64,000 nucleotides of DNA, from contig JBLDXI010000007.1 in the NCBI GenBank assembly GCA_047495785.1, positions 992,001 to 1,056,000 on the forward strand, written 5' to 3'. The notes under the pieces were generated by a model. The model had not been told where the DNA came from. It searched no databases and saw nothing but the letters and a program-made list of their open reading frames with translations. The first letter of the stretch is position 1; each line of letters starts with the position of its first letter. Of the stretch, positions 12,498 through 23,486 are shown piece after piece. A program made the position numbers and the translations under genes. The stretch comes from Lepidodermella squamata. Its lineage: Eukaryota > Animalia > Gastrotricha.

Positions 12498-15400
12498 TCA
12501 TTGGATATGAAAGAGCAGGTCATCGAGGTCTTTGTAGAGCAGGAAATCGGAAAGACTGGTCGGAAGGTTCAGCCGTTTGATAGCCGCATGCCGCGCCTTG
12601 AGGCCACGCGGCAATCGGCGCAAAATCGACGCGCGACACTGCGCCATCAACGAGCGGGGGTAAAACGCTGTGAAAAAGGCCGCATAATCGAAAACAATCG
12701 CCGGCACTTCGGCACTCGTCGTCGTCGTTTCAACAACAACAGCAGCTGCCGGTAAAACGGCGGCACCGTTCAACCGGCGAGGGCGCAGTTTTTCGGCCGT
12801 GTCCTGTAGCGAGGACACATTAAGGTGGCACGACCGCGACCGTGCTTCGATGACTAACCGCGCCACGACTTCGTTCTTCTGAACAAACCTCAAACCATCG
12901 GCGGCGTCGAACCGAGCCCCGTCGACGCTGATCGGGTTGAAATCGAGCAGATCTGGTATTGCGATCGCACCGGCCCGAAGTAGTGGCAGAACGGCATTAC
13001 TTAGAATGGGCATCAACCGATTTTGCGCGAAAGCGGCGTCGTAGAACGTTGCCATGAGCATGGACTCGCCGTCGGGGGGTTCGGCTTCGAAAAACGAACC
13101 AGGCAACGACTCCACGACGCTGACAGCTTCGTTCGCGTCGAAGATGGCGAGGAATGAAAGAACTTGGTAGGATTTGAGAAGTTCGAAGTTGAACGAGGCG
13201 TAGCAGTTCTCGGCACCGTAGTGGCTTATCAACTGCTTGTAGATGGCGATTAGCGACCGCGCCGCCGCTTCAGCCCCAGGCCGCCGCTCTGTGAGATCTG
13301 TAAAACATGGGGAAAAGTGGTTCAGCATATATATATATATATATATGTTAAAAAGTTAATGTCCCTGATAAGCTCGCTCACCAAAGGGCGGAATTGGAGC
13401 GTTCATTGCGCTGTAATAGCTAACCTGTTACCCGCAGAACGTTACACATGGCCGAGTTCACAAAACGTTGGTTAAAGATTTTTATCTCAAGAAAATGGGT
13501 CCAAGGTTCATTCGAAAGAAATTATCGGATTTAGGCTTGTTTTGTAGAATTTCTGGAAAATGAAGGGGACCTTGTAAAATTAATAAAAAGATGCAGGTCG
13601 TTTCACGCATTATGCCCCGGGAATTTACCTGGAATTTTGGAGCTCACCTTGAATTCCGGGACTTGGAATATCAGGTGATGTTATAGGATGTTTTTGTAGT
13701 TTCGGCGGAACTTCGGCCACTCCAGAAGCCGCTTGATCAAAATTTTCATTTGCCATTCTAAGCTTTTACATCCCCAGGCTATCTAACGGTACCCTACTCA
13801 TGTGGTCTTTAACGCACCACCTTTTTTTAAGATTTTTAAAGCCAAAATCACCCTATTTGACGGTACTTCCAGAAAATAGAAAACGAGAACAGCGTAAATA
13901 CTCGGAAACTCAAGTTGGCAAAGAAAAGACCCCAGTGGAGTCCAAATGGTTGGAGTGACAGTTGCAAAGCCCAAGGATAGACCAAACTGGATTTGTACGA
14001 TTCATATCAATAATGTACAGTTCTAGATCTCTATTTCCAGCGGAACTTCAATGACTGCTCTACGGAAGACGTGGAATCGAATTGGAAATTATTCACCAGT
14101 TATTAGCTACCCAACGGTATCCTACTCCTGGGGTCTTTTTCTTGCCACCTTAAATTTATGATGAGTACAAAACGCCATTTCGCTGTAGCACGGCGGCAGC
14201 GATGTTATCAGGTCAGTTTAAATAACAGAATATCTTTCAGCGGAATCGAATTTGCCTGCTACGGAACCTAATTTCTGATGAGCAAAAGGTCGCTTTTCGA
14301 ATATTTCCATGAAATTAAGGCAATGTATAAATTCTTTAATAAAAAAGCGTCTTAAACAGAATTTTACGCTTAATTTAATGAAGATATATTCCAAATTATT
14401 TTGATAAATAATGGCATTCTTGAAAGTTTCGAAAAGGCTCATTGAAAGTTCCAAAATTTGGTTCCGCTAAAAGTAAGACCCTTTAAATAATTATTAAAAT
14501 GTACCGCCAATAAAATATAAAAAAGTATGGTGAAATGCGAACCACTTGCACAGACCCTTAAGAAGTTGACGCATAAACACAAATATTTTGCTGACCGATA
14601 TGTAATTAGGCGTGTAAAAACTGTTCTCCCAATTTATATTGATCGTGTACGCGGGTCGTGATGCGCAGCATCCCAAATTTAGCAAATCTTTTGCATCTCG
14701 CAGCTCGTACCAAACTCGCGCGATAATTCGCACGTGCTGAAGAGGCCATTGGGGTTCAATGTGGGTTCAATTAAAAGAGGCACAAATTTTGCTGAATGGC
14801 AACATTGAGAAAGGAAAATTTGACCCAGGCTAATAAATAAATAGCGAATATACCGTGCTTCGAATTGAGTTAAAAATAAACTAGTTTGCCTGTAAAAGTA
14901 GCCGAGAATCCGCGGAAAAGTGACATCAGCGGCCGAGTCGGGTCTCCGCTTTTCGATCGGCTCAACAACGTAGGAATAGCGGCTTCAAAGTGCCAAGAAA
15001 TAGCGGCGCATAGCAGTGACATAGCTATACACGGCGGCGTTTTAAGATGACGGTTCAACGACAACGCCCCGGTCAACATATCAATATTCCTCGACCCAAC
15101 TGCACACCATAGTAGTAGCTCAAGATTCGGCGTGAATTGCTGCTGAAACGCGAGTTGCTGCCTTTCGAGGAAAATTGCAAACATGTCCCGGTAGACGGCC
15201 TCGGAAGGCTCGAGAGGTTGCTGGTCTTCACCGTCGTGATAATGCGGCATCGTCGCATTTTTTGCCAGCCAGATGTAAGAATCGCCATGCAGACCGCCGT
15301 CGATCAACTCGACACGTGCTGACGGTTCGATGAGACCGAGGTTGAGATTCTTCTCGAGATTGAATGATGAATCGAAGCGGCGTTCGGCTTTTCTCGCCGC

Positions 15401-15520
15401 CGCCTGGGCCGCGTGCCATAATTCGACATTGTAACCCTGGCGAAGTAAGGGGCAATCGTGGCCGCAGCCGAGTTTAACATGCAGACCGGCGCTTTTGTAG
15501 AACGCACCGTTCGTTGTCAT
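12498..15520 (-). CDS. Ankyrin-like/SOCS-box protein, paralog A (exons 15520-14890 and 13297-12498)
   Basis: Exon 1 matches the paralog N-terminus (HVKLGCGHDCPLL..GY, IDGGLH, PPCIAMSLL); exon 2 has LPLLRAGA..PD and SOCS box YPRSLMAQCRASILRRL..LNLPTSLSDFLLY; junction inferred as phase-1 GC-AG. Confidence 0.75.
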
Positions 15521-17407
15521 ACTATTATCGATAAAATCGGCGTATAAAAATTGGTAATAAAACTGGAACAAGAGCCACGTCGATATTGCTGCTAGTGCGT
15601 CGTGACCCGGTTTGTAGTAGTGACGTTATAAATATTCAGTGTGTGAGAAATCATTGTGACTAAAAGAGATAGATAAAAAGGATGAGCAGCTCGTCGCGCG
15701 GCAGAAGATGAGCACATGCTGCTCATCGTTATCTCTGTGGCTGGCGACGATTTAATCACGTATTTTTTTGATGTTTGGTTGAATTATTATGTAGCCTATT
15801 TTAAAGCACTTGTTTGCTCTCCACGGCGGGGAAACGCGTGTCGCATCTTTAAACATCCAGTCAAAATATTTTTATTTCCTCCTAAGCTCATTTCGTTGTA
15901 TGACTCGACGCACAGCTTTGCACCACATTGGATTTTCTAAAGATAAACCACCCCCGGCTGCTTCACACCCTCAAATTTCGACCTAGATGATGCTCATTCC
16001 AACCGGTGCGAACCCATATAATTAGTAATTAATCAAATAAATTGCATATTAATACTGCTTTGGTTTTAAATAAAGGAATAAAAAATTAAAAACTAAATTC
16101 GAAAAGTCCACCTTAACATTAGTTTAAAAAATGTATTTTTTATAATTACTGCGATTATATTAGATAGGTAAGTCAAAATGTGGTCATTCAATAAAATATA
16201 ACCTATTTTGCCCTAATTTCTAATTTTCTAATTATTATCGAGTCGTTCTCCAGCCGAATTCAATTAGGTAATCCGCAGATGAGCAAAAGCTTTATCGAAT
16301 TATAAAAGAGCGTTCTATTACTACTTAAAACGTGAATCGAAACCTAATTTCCCACCCGAAGTTGGCTCAGAATGGTTCGCAAGGGTCAGTTTCTGACGTT
16401 TCATTTAATATGCCACCACATGCGACAACAACGTACTCGAAAGATAGAAGAAAATGAAAAGGTGAGTGATGATAACGGTTGAAACAAAGTTGTGCCTGTT
16501 GCATTCTTGTTTGTGCTGCTTCGCGGATAATACGAAAATAGATAAATATCATGAGCTAGCTGTCATGCAACTTGTTTATTTACACAGCCTAATGCATACC
16601 GAGTAGTTCTTAGCCAACTTTGAATAAAAAGAGACAGATGCTGACACAATAAAATGAGGATGTATAACATTAATATGAGAGGGCAAAAAAAGATTGCGAA
16701 TTTAGCAAATTTCTCGGGCGCAAAAAATAGCCTATTCACAGGAATTCTTTTGAAGTTTGGCTCAAAGAATCGGCTCAAAAAAATTGAAGCGAGATAAAAA
16801 TAGGCCATAGTAAACCATTTCGTGGTAGTAGACTGCCAAAATAGTATCGGCAATCACGTGACGTCTGATTCACATTGCGTGCTGTGAGAATTGCCCATTT
16901 TAAAATCTAACCGAAATAGGTAGAGGGCGGAAATACGCATGTTTTTATTATGCGTGGTTCCCCTCCGCTGCTCGCCTCGACGAAAATATAAAGTAACGTC
17001 TATAATCTTATCGTGAAACGTGCGTTTAAATATACATGCACATAGTATCCAAAACTCGATAATTGAGACTTCATTGTGAAGATAAGTACGATGGTAAGTG
17101 CTGTGCCCTATTATTTTTGTAATTTACACGCAGTCGAGTGGGAAAATTTCCGAAAAATCCCGCATGTTTGACGAATGATGACAAGTCATTCAGTCATGCG
17201 TAAATCCAGGGTGTCATCGTTTTATCTATAATTAAATGTATGTATGTTAAATGATGACACTATCACGATTATCTGGTTGATTGATCTGATTGATCTAGAT
17301 CCTATAGACATTTATTGATGCGGGGCAACGGTTTCTATTAGAAGGGCGCGTGCCATGGATTTCATGCCCGGAACGACGAAAAAACCAATTTTCCTCCACC
17401 TAATATA

Positions 17408-18540
17408 CCGTAACGGTCCCTAACTTTGGACAAAACACGTTTTTTAATTTTTAAAAATTAACCTTTCGTCTGAAAAATTTGGAAAAAAATTCGAAACCTC
17501 GGGGCGAATATTCTGGATCGACAGGTAAATTTTGAGAAATTTCGGAGCTCACCTTGATTTTTAAGAAATAGATTAAGAAACCTCTAAATTTGGACAGAAA
17601 GCCCCAAATTTGGACACTTCATTTGCATATGCTAATTAGAACTTACGCTAATTGTATTTCATGTTGCGCAATTTTTCTCGTGTTTTTAAAAGCGATTTTG
17701 CCAACGATTTTAGACTAGAAAAATGCTACTACCAATTTTAATCAATTATCGTCAAAACTAATGCAGATAAACGCTATACCTCCGGCTTTAATACCTTTAA
17801 AGGACTATGATTTTTCTGAGAACCATGATAAACCGGGTAAAATGTCTCTTGCTTGAAAAGTAGACAGAGTAATATCAATCAGGGGTTAAACCACGGTTTG
17901 AGTTAGTAATAAAGTTTCTTCATCCCTGAATTCTACCTGAATCTACCAGAGGGGGATTTTCATTTGTCAGAACCATTATCATGCTCTCTAGCCAGAATGA
18001 TGAAGCAGCGTAATGTGCTAGGTTGCACAACCTGGCAGGCCGCAGACTAGGCTTCGTGCTTTAGCTAAAATTTCAAGGTTCCAGCAATGTATAGCCATCC
18101 TTTTTAAAAACTCACCAAAAGCATACGTTTCATTTGCATATGCATACAGAAAAAAATAGCATTAAAAGCGTCCAAATTTAGAGGCAAAATTCAATATCAC
18201 CTGTATCGAAATTGGCTCGTTTATCCGCCGAGATTTTTTTACAGTATTTAGTTAAGGTAAAACCATGTGAGCAAAACAATTTTCAGCCCCAACCGTTCAC
18301 AGGTGAGCGTTTGGCAAGGGGGGTCCCAAAACACATTTCCGAGTGATCGAGCGTCGGCGATTTTTCCCAAATCGATGGTATATGGAAGTATTGCCAAATT
18401 TGGTACCGATGGAAAGCCCAAAAGGCGAGCTATTTTTCAGTGCGATTTGCCACTTTGTATCAGTTGTGCACAAACAGATATTCAGGGCCAAAGCTCAGAG
18501 CGTCCACAATTAGGGTGTCCAAATTTAGGGACCGGTCCGG
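17408..18540. mobile_element. Non-autonomous Tc1/mariner(pogo)-like element
   Basis: TIRs CCGTAACGGTCCCTAACTTTGGACA / reverse complement CCGGACCGGTCCCTAAATTTGGACA; TA on both flanks; no coding capacity. Confidence 0.75.
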
Positions 18541-18676
18541 TACTGGTTTATTTCGTTGAAAAATGAAAAAAATCACAACAACAATTTGAAAGAGTTGAAC
18601 AGGGCTGATGAAAATCTCAACAAACAGAACAGTTATTAGTTATCAAATTTAAGTTTTCATGTGTTTTTTGCTGATC

Positions 18677-20029
18677 TTAAATATTGAGCAGAACGTCGAA
18701 TTCGCGGAAATGAAGAAAATCGGTTAAACATTGCGGCAGATCCAGTTTTTCAATAGCCTGCTGTCTTGGCTTCGAGCCAACAGGTAAACAGCGCAAAATC
18801 GCCGTCCGACAGGCTAATTGAAGTCGGCGGGGAAATTGCTGCTTAGCAAACGCCAAAAATCGTTGCATATCACCGTTTACTGACCGCGAATCCAACTCAG
18901 CCCTTGCGATATTCAAAGTCATGGCGCCTACATTAATTCGGCCTGATTGACGGGCTTCGATTATCAGCTCGCTGAGCACACAGGGTCGGTTCCATAGGCA
19001 ACTCAACAGAGCTGTTTCGTCGTCGAGAAAGCAGCCGTAGGCGTCGAAAATTAACGAAGCGTCTTGTTCAAGGGGATCGGGTTCGAATTTGGACCCAGCT
19101 CGAAGCATTGGCAATAGGGCGAATTTGATGATTCTAGCGGCTCCTGATAGAATTTTCTCCCTATCTTCCAGCACCATAACACCGGATGAGGCCAGTAAAT
19201 GGTGAATAGCTCCGATTGGAGACAGCGAAATTTCTTGCCTAGGTGCCGTGAAAAAGTCTTCCCAAGCTCTCGATTTAGCGACTACGACGTGTTTCTGTAG
19301 ATTCGAAACAGTTAAGGCGGATTCAATTAATTCTCGAGCAGGTTCAACAGCGCCGCGTAGTGCCAAAAGCCCGGCATTTTGAACGGGGAAACTCGCGAAA
19401 ATTTCGTCGCAATCATCCGAATTTTCTAGGAGAATTCGAAGAATCTGCGAATGGGGCCGGAGCAGCTTCGGGTGCAGGGTGTCCCAGCCTACAACGTGGT
19501 TCGCCATGTAGTCCCAAAACGCGCGGCAAAACATGATGCCCGTCGCAACTGGGGCTCCAAGTCGAAGTAGCATCGCCACGGCGTCGATATTAAAATGCTG
19601 CATCGCGTGGACGAGCAGTGAACCCAATAAACACCTCGGAATTTCAACGTCATTATCCGCCAAAATTTCCTCCAATTTTGCCAGGTCGGAAATCGTGAGA
19701 AAACCAAGAGCTTTTAGGTGAGATTCAATCACCGATTTTCCTTTGATTTTTCCGATAATTTTTCGAATTAATAAATCACGAGGGATAGAAGTTGAAGTTG
19801 AGTCATCGTTGTGGAAGACGATTTCAAAGCCGTGGTGAAGGTCGGGATACACGAGTAGGTAGTCGGATGGCCAGATAAGGTTTGACCCGCCGGTCATAAA
19901 AACGAGATTTGCGGTTGAAATTGAACTTTTCAGGGCTTCTCGAGTCATTTCAAAGAGCCTTCGCAGGTAATCGGGCCTGGCGATTTCGCATTGCAGGTGG
20001 CATTTATGATCGAGCTGGGAAATTTTCAT
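18677..20029 (-). CDS. Ankyrin-like/SOCS-box protein, paralog B
   Basis: HKCHLQCEIARPDY, VYPDLHHG, AVAMLLRLGA, ILRILLE, C-terminal FPRRLQLACRTAILRCL..LDLPQCLTDFLHF. Confidence 0.85.
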   Translation of the reverse strand: MKISQLDHKCHLQCEIARPDYLRRLFEMTREALKSSISTANLVFMTGGSNLIWPSDYLLVYPDLHHGFEIVFHNDDSTSTSIPRDLLIRKIIGKIKGKSVIESHLKALGFLTISDLAKLEEILADNDVEIPRCLLGSLLVHAMQHFNIDAVAMLLRLGAPVATGIMFCRAFWDYMANHVVGWDTLHPKLLRPHSQILRILLENSDDCDEIFASFPVQNAGLLALRGAVEPARELIESALTVSNLQKHVVVAKSRAWEDFFTAPRQEISLSPIGAIHHLLASSGVMVLEDREKILSGAARIIKFALLPMLRAGSKFEPDPLEQDASLIFDAYGCFLDDETALLSCLWNRPCVLSELIIEARQSGRINVGAMTLNIARAELDSRSVNGDMQRFLAFAKQQFPRRLQLACRTAILRCLPVGSKPRQQAIEKLDLPQCLTDFLHFREFDVLLNI

Positions 20030-20370
20030 CTCGATTAACACCTAAAAATGAAGAAACAATTTGAAAATTTAAATTTAAATTTCAAGCAAAAATGAGTGCA
20101 AATTGAAGTGAAGGGAAAATGCGAAATAATTTAGTCCACTTGATGTCACGTGTGGATCGCTCATTGTTAAGCATGGCAACAGGTGGCAAGCATTTACTTC
20201 GAGTGACCGAAATGAGGTCAAATATTTTACTAATAATGCGGCGTCACACCTTGGCGCGACAAATGATAAAACTCAGCGCATTGCTCCAAACCCCAAAAAT
20301 TTTATTATTAGCGTTGAAAAATCACAAAAAATCACGAAGATGACAGAAATAAAATGAGAATGAATGAAAA

Positions 20371-21795
20371 TCAAGATGACGTATCATCGATGAGAACAAA
20401 TCTGAGCACTTCCTTGCATAGGTTGAATTCTTTGAAATTCAAAAAATTTGAAACACAACGAGGTAAATCGAGACTTTTAATCGCCTTGCATCGAGCTTCC
20501 AGGCCAACAGGAAGGCAGTTCAACACGGCTTGTCGCGATATGGCCTGTAAAGATCGTGGGAATTGTTTGGTAACGTGGCTAGCGAAGAGTTGCAAATCGT
20601 TGGCATCGCGCCAATTCGGTAAACCTGCCGCGAGCTCGGCTAAACTCTGCGTTAATTTCTGCGGATTAAACGACGTTTTCCGCCGCGATTCGAGTAAAAT
20701 TTCCGTCAACACCCACGGCCGACGCCATAGCTCGGTCATCACAGCTCCGGGCTGGTCCAACAGGTAGCCGAAATTGTCAAAAATTAACGCCGGATTTTCA
20801 AGAGGGTCCGGGTAAAAAACTGCACCCGATCGCAAAAGCGGTAGAATAGCGATGAGAAACATTTTCGCAGCTTCTTCTATCAACAACTGCCGCTCGAAAT
20901 GGCTAGCCTTGTAAACGGCTAGATTATAAGCAATTGCTAGGCACGTGCTAGCAGGTAGGTCGTTTCGGCTAGGCAACCAACGAAATGGCCGGGCTAAGGT
21001 TTGGGTAAGACCTTTTTCCGGGGTAGCCCTGATCAGCATCAAAGCCGCCTCAAAAGCTCCACATTGCACCAAATGACCGACCATGTGAACTGGGATAACG
21101 CTAGTAACCGGTGATTTATACGTCAAATTTGCATTGTAGCCAATCAGCCGGCGTAGAATGTTAGTTTGAGCCTCGCGTTGCTCGAAGGTCGCCCCGTCTA
21201 GTCGCGATAAAACGTGAGAAATCGGCCGATCTGATGAGTCATGAACGTTCACGCCGTAGTCGGTATTTGCGCCGAAATCAAGTAAAACCGCGACGCCTAT
21301 ATCGAAATCGTCATTAATGGCCTGCCGTAGTAACGACGCCAGAAGACATTTCGGGGTTGAAGCCTGATTTTTTCGCAATAATTCAGCGAGAATTCCGTCG
21401 TTTTTCGCGTAAACAGCGCAATATAATTGCATTTGAATTCGGCATAATTCGCATTTCCGGCATTTTCCAAGTTTTTCGAATTCGGCTGAATTTTCGGGCG
21501 ATATAAGGCAGATTTCGCCGAGAATTTTAACCGCCGGCGTTCCCCAGTCGTGGCGATGCATAACGATTTCGCGGCCGTCGTGTAGATCAGGGTCGACTGT
21601 CGGCGTATCGACCCAGGTTGTGAACGGCTTGAATTGGTGGGGCAGAACGTAAATTCGCTGATTTTCATGTATGCGTTTCGTAGCGATGCTTATTAGCCGT
21701 CGGGCGTTCTTCATGAAGCGCCGGTAGTAGCCGGGCTTTGACAGCTCGCAGGTATTGCGGCACAACATCTCAGCATGCCGATTTTTCACCGGCAT
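20371..21795 (-). CDS. Ankyrin-like/SOCS-box protein, paralog C
   Basis: HAEMLCRNTCELSKPGY, VDPDLHDG, VAVLLDFGANTD, ILRRLIGYNAN, C-terminal FPRSLQAISRQAVLNCL..LDLPRCVSNFLNF. Confidence 0.88.
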   Translation of the reverse strand: MPVKNRHAEMLCRNTCELSKPGYYRRFMKNARRLISIATKRIHENQRIYVLPHQFKPFTTWVDTPTVDPDLHDGREIVMHRHDWGTPAVKILGEICLISPENSAEFEKLGKCRKCELCRIQMQLYCAVYAKNDGILAELLRKNQASTPKCLLASLLRQAINDDFDIGVAVLLDFGANTDYGVNVHDSSDRPISHVLSRLDGATFEQREAQTNILRRLIGYNANLTYKSPVTSVIPVHMVGHLVQCGAFEAALMLIRATPEKGLTQTLARPFRWLPSRNDLPASTCLAIAYNLAVYKASHFERQLLIEEAAKMFLIAILPLLRSGAVFYPDPLENPALIFDNFGYLLDQPGAVMTELWRRPWVLTEILLESRRKTSFNPQKLTQSLAELAAGLPNWRDANDLQLFASHVTKQFPRSLQAISRQAVLNCLPVGLEARCKAIKSLDLPRCVSNFLNFKEFNLCKEVLRFVLIDDTSS

Positions 21796-22465
21796 TTTTC
21801 GGCGGAGTTTATTCGGGTAAATAAATTTACTGGTAAATAATTTGACCTAAAATAATGTGGAACGTTTAAGTGGAACAAATATGTCCATTTTTCAAAAAAT
21901 GAAGGATTCAACGCGGCGCTGATGGAAGTGCCAATTTCAGTGAACCAGCAAAAAGGCAAAAAGGTGTGTACTAAATCAATCAAAACCCAGCTGGCGTGAC
22001 CACGTAAGCGCTTAATTCTTGTACAGATGGCCACATTGAGAAAGATCAGGACCTTATAAACAAAATTGAATTCAACGCCAAACAGGATAACAGGTTAAGT
22101 CGCAATGTCCGCTAACAAGTGAAAAGTTAATATTGGCGAATATTAACCAGAGTAGATGAAAGAAAATAAATCCATACCTACATTTCGCTATGCTGTATAA
22201 CTAGTTTTTCTTTTATTTCGATTTAGGTACAGTGGATTCTGAAACACCGATTTTCCAGATGCAAACGGCATTTTCTAGATGAGACTATATCGTTGAGCGG
22301 CTGACAATATTAGGTTCTGATCTGGAGAAATTCACAGAAATTAAAAATGGAGTTGGCCCCAACGATCTCGAACTATCAGAATGGCAATATAGACAGGGCG
22401 GTTTTTGAACGCCAAATTTTGTTCAAGCCGTTGACCAGAAAAATGAGCCCATTCTTTGTTGTTTT

Positions 22466-22625
22466 ACGGGTGTGGCGCGAACGCCGGTACCCAAGTGAAA
22501 TATTTTGCACCCGACTCCGCCGATGAGGCAGAGCGCAGGGGTCAGCGGACCGCAGTGCAATGGCCCGCCTCGCCCTGGGGCGACCGACTTGCTGAGCTCG
22601 GTTCATCCCAGTGCCAGGTAAGTTT
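22466..22625 (-). ncRNA. U1 snRNA-like gene (variant), copy 1
   Basis: AAACUUACCUGGCAC 5' end, CCCAGGGCGAGGC, U1A loop AUUGCAC, CUGACCCCUGCG, terminal GCG-UUCG-CGC stem-loop; 160 nt. Confidence 0.9.
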
Positions 22626-22654
22626 AGTGGCCATAGGTCTACGCGATCGACCCC

Positions 22655-22674
22655 ACTCAGCAGTCGGACCATAA
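22655..22674 (-). promoter_or_regulatory. Candidate snRNA proximal sequence element
   Basis: TTATGGTCCGACTGCTGAGT at about -49..-30, conserved with copy 2; resembles the Drosophila PSEA core CCCAACTG. Confidence 0.35.
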
Positions 22675-22742
22675 AAGGGTACTGAAGTCATTTGGTTATT
22701 CCTCTTTTCTTCATAAATTCTGATTAAAAATATTGCGACAGT

Positions 22743-22814
22743 TAGCAGAGCGTAGTTTCGATCTACAGACCTCTGGGTTATGGGCCCAGCGCGCTTCCAC
22801 TGCGCCACTCTGCT
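22743..22814 (-). tRNA. tRNA-iMet(CAU)
   Basis: AGCAGAGTGGCGCAGTGGAAGCGCGCTGGGCCCATAACCCAGAGG..GATCGAAAC..; A1:U72 pair, ATCG T-loop, three G-C anticodon-stem pairs typical of the eukaryotic initiator. Confidence 0.97.
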
Positions 22815-22883
22815 TGTCTGAAAAGTGATTTAGCCATTCGATCATTGTTTTTAAAGTTTCAAAGAATTCAAATGGAAAAATGA

Positions 22884-22965
22884 TGGCAGCGGTGGGGTTC
22901 GAACCCACGCCTCCGAAGAGACTAGAGCCTAAATCTAGCGCCTTAGACCACTCGGCCACGCTACC
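22884..22965 (-). tRNA. tRNA-Leu(UAG)
   Basis: 82-nt cloverleaf GGTAGCGTGGCCGAGTGGTCTAAGGCGCTAGATTTAGGCTCTAG.., long variable arm, GGTTCGAACCC, T5 terminator. Confidence 0.97.
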
Positions 22966-23066
22966 TTGCTAGAACCAGTACCTTACATTTTCTCTATCGT
23001 CAATCTACTTCGATAAAAAAGATAATAGCATCATAGAAGAATAACAAATTTTACTGTGACAAAATG

Positions 23067-23486
23067 TCAAAAATTTCTGGCTGACATGATTATAATAATT
23101 ACGGCCATGCCGATGGTAACAAACGCCCATATAATCTTCGGGCAAATATCGACAGCGCTGCAAGTCTTTTTATACTTCCGGCCATGGTTCCGTTGTCTTG
23201 ATCGTCTTGTGTTGATACAGCTTCGCCCATGTCCTTCTACGATTTGGCTTTGAGGATTCAGTGAAGCTCCATAGGCGTCTGTGCCGTGATAAATGTCGAA
23301 ATCCTGGAATCTAAGCGAGGAATCTCTGCACTGACTCGGTTGTCTGATCACTGGGACGATTGCGGAATAAGCTGGAGGCGGCTCTGGATTGACATTTTCA
23401 ATCGAAATTACCCAATCCTTATGGCCAACAATGTCGCGGTAATTGGGCGGAAGAGGCAAAGTGTTGTCATATTGGTAGGCATTCAT
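23067..23486 (-). CDS. Small tail-anchored membrane protein with two PY motifs
   Basis: LPPNY and PPPAY motifs; basic stretch followed by C-terminal hydrophobic helix IIWAFVTIGMAVIIIIMSA. Confidence 0.65.
   Translation of the reverse strand: MNAYQYDNTLPLPPNYRDIVGHKDWVISIENVNPEPPPAYSAIVPVIRQPSQCRDSSLRFQDFDIYHGTDAYGASLNPQSQIVEGHGRSCINTRRSRQRNHGRKYKKTCSAVDICPKIIWAFVTIGMAVIIIIMSARNF

Noticed and set aside
16367-16552. ACGGILNETS resembling a CUB-domain start
   Set aside because: Isolated 10-residue resemblance with no supporting exons
20030-20370. Possible operon or SL trans-splicing between closely spaced SOCS-box genes (acceptor just before the ATG)
   Set aside because: Equally explained by a 5'UTR intron, as seen for the 4754-5134 gene; no SL RNA evidence here
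22376-22959. Short ORFs duplicated at 53209-53511
   Set aside because: They overlie the tRNA and U1-like genes; the similarity is due to the RNA cassette
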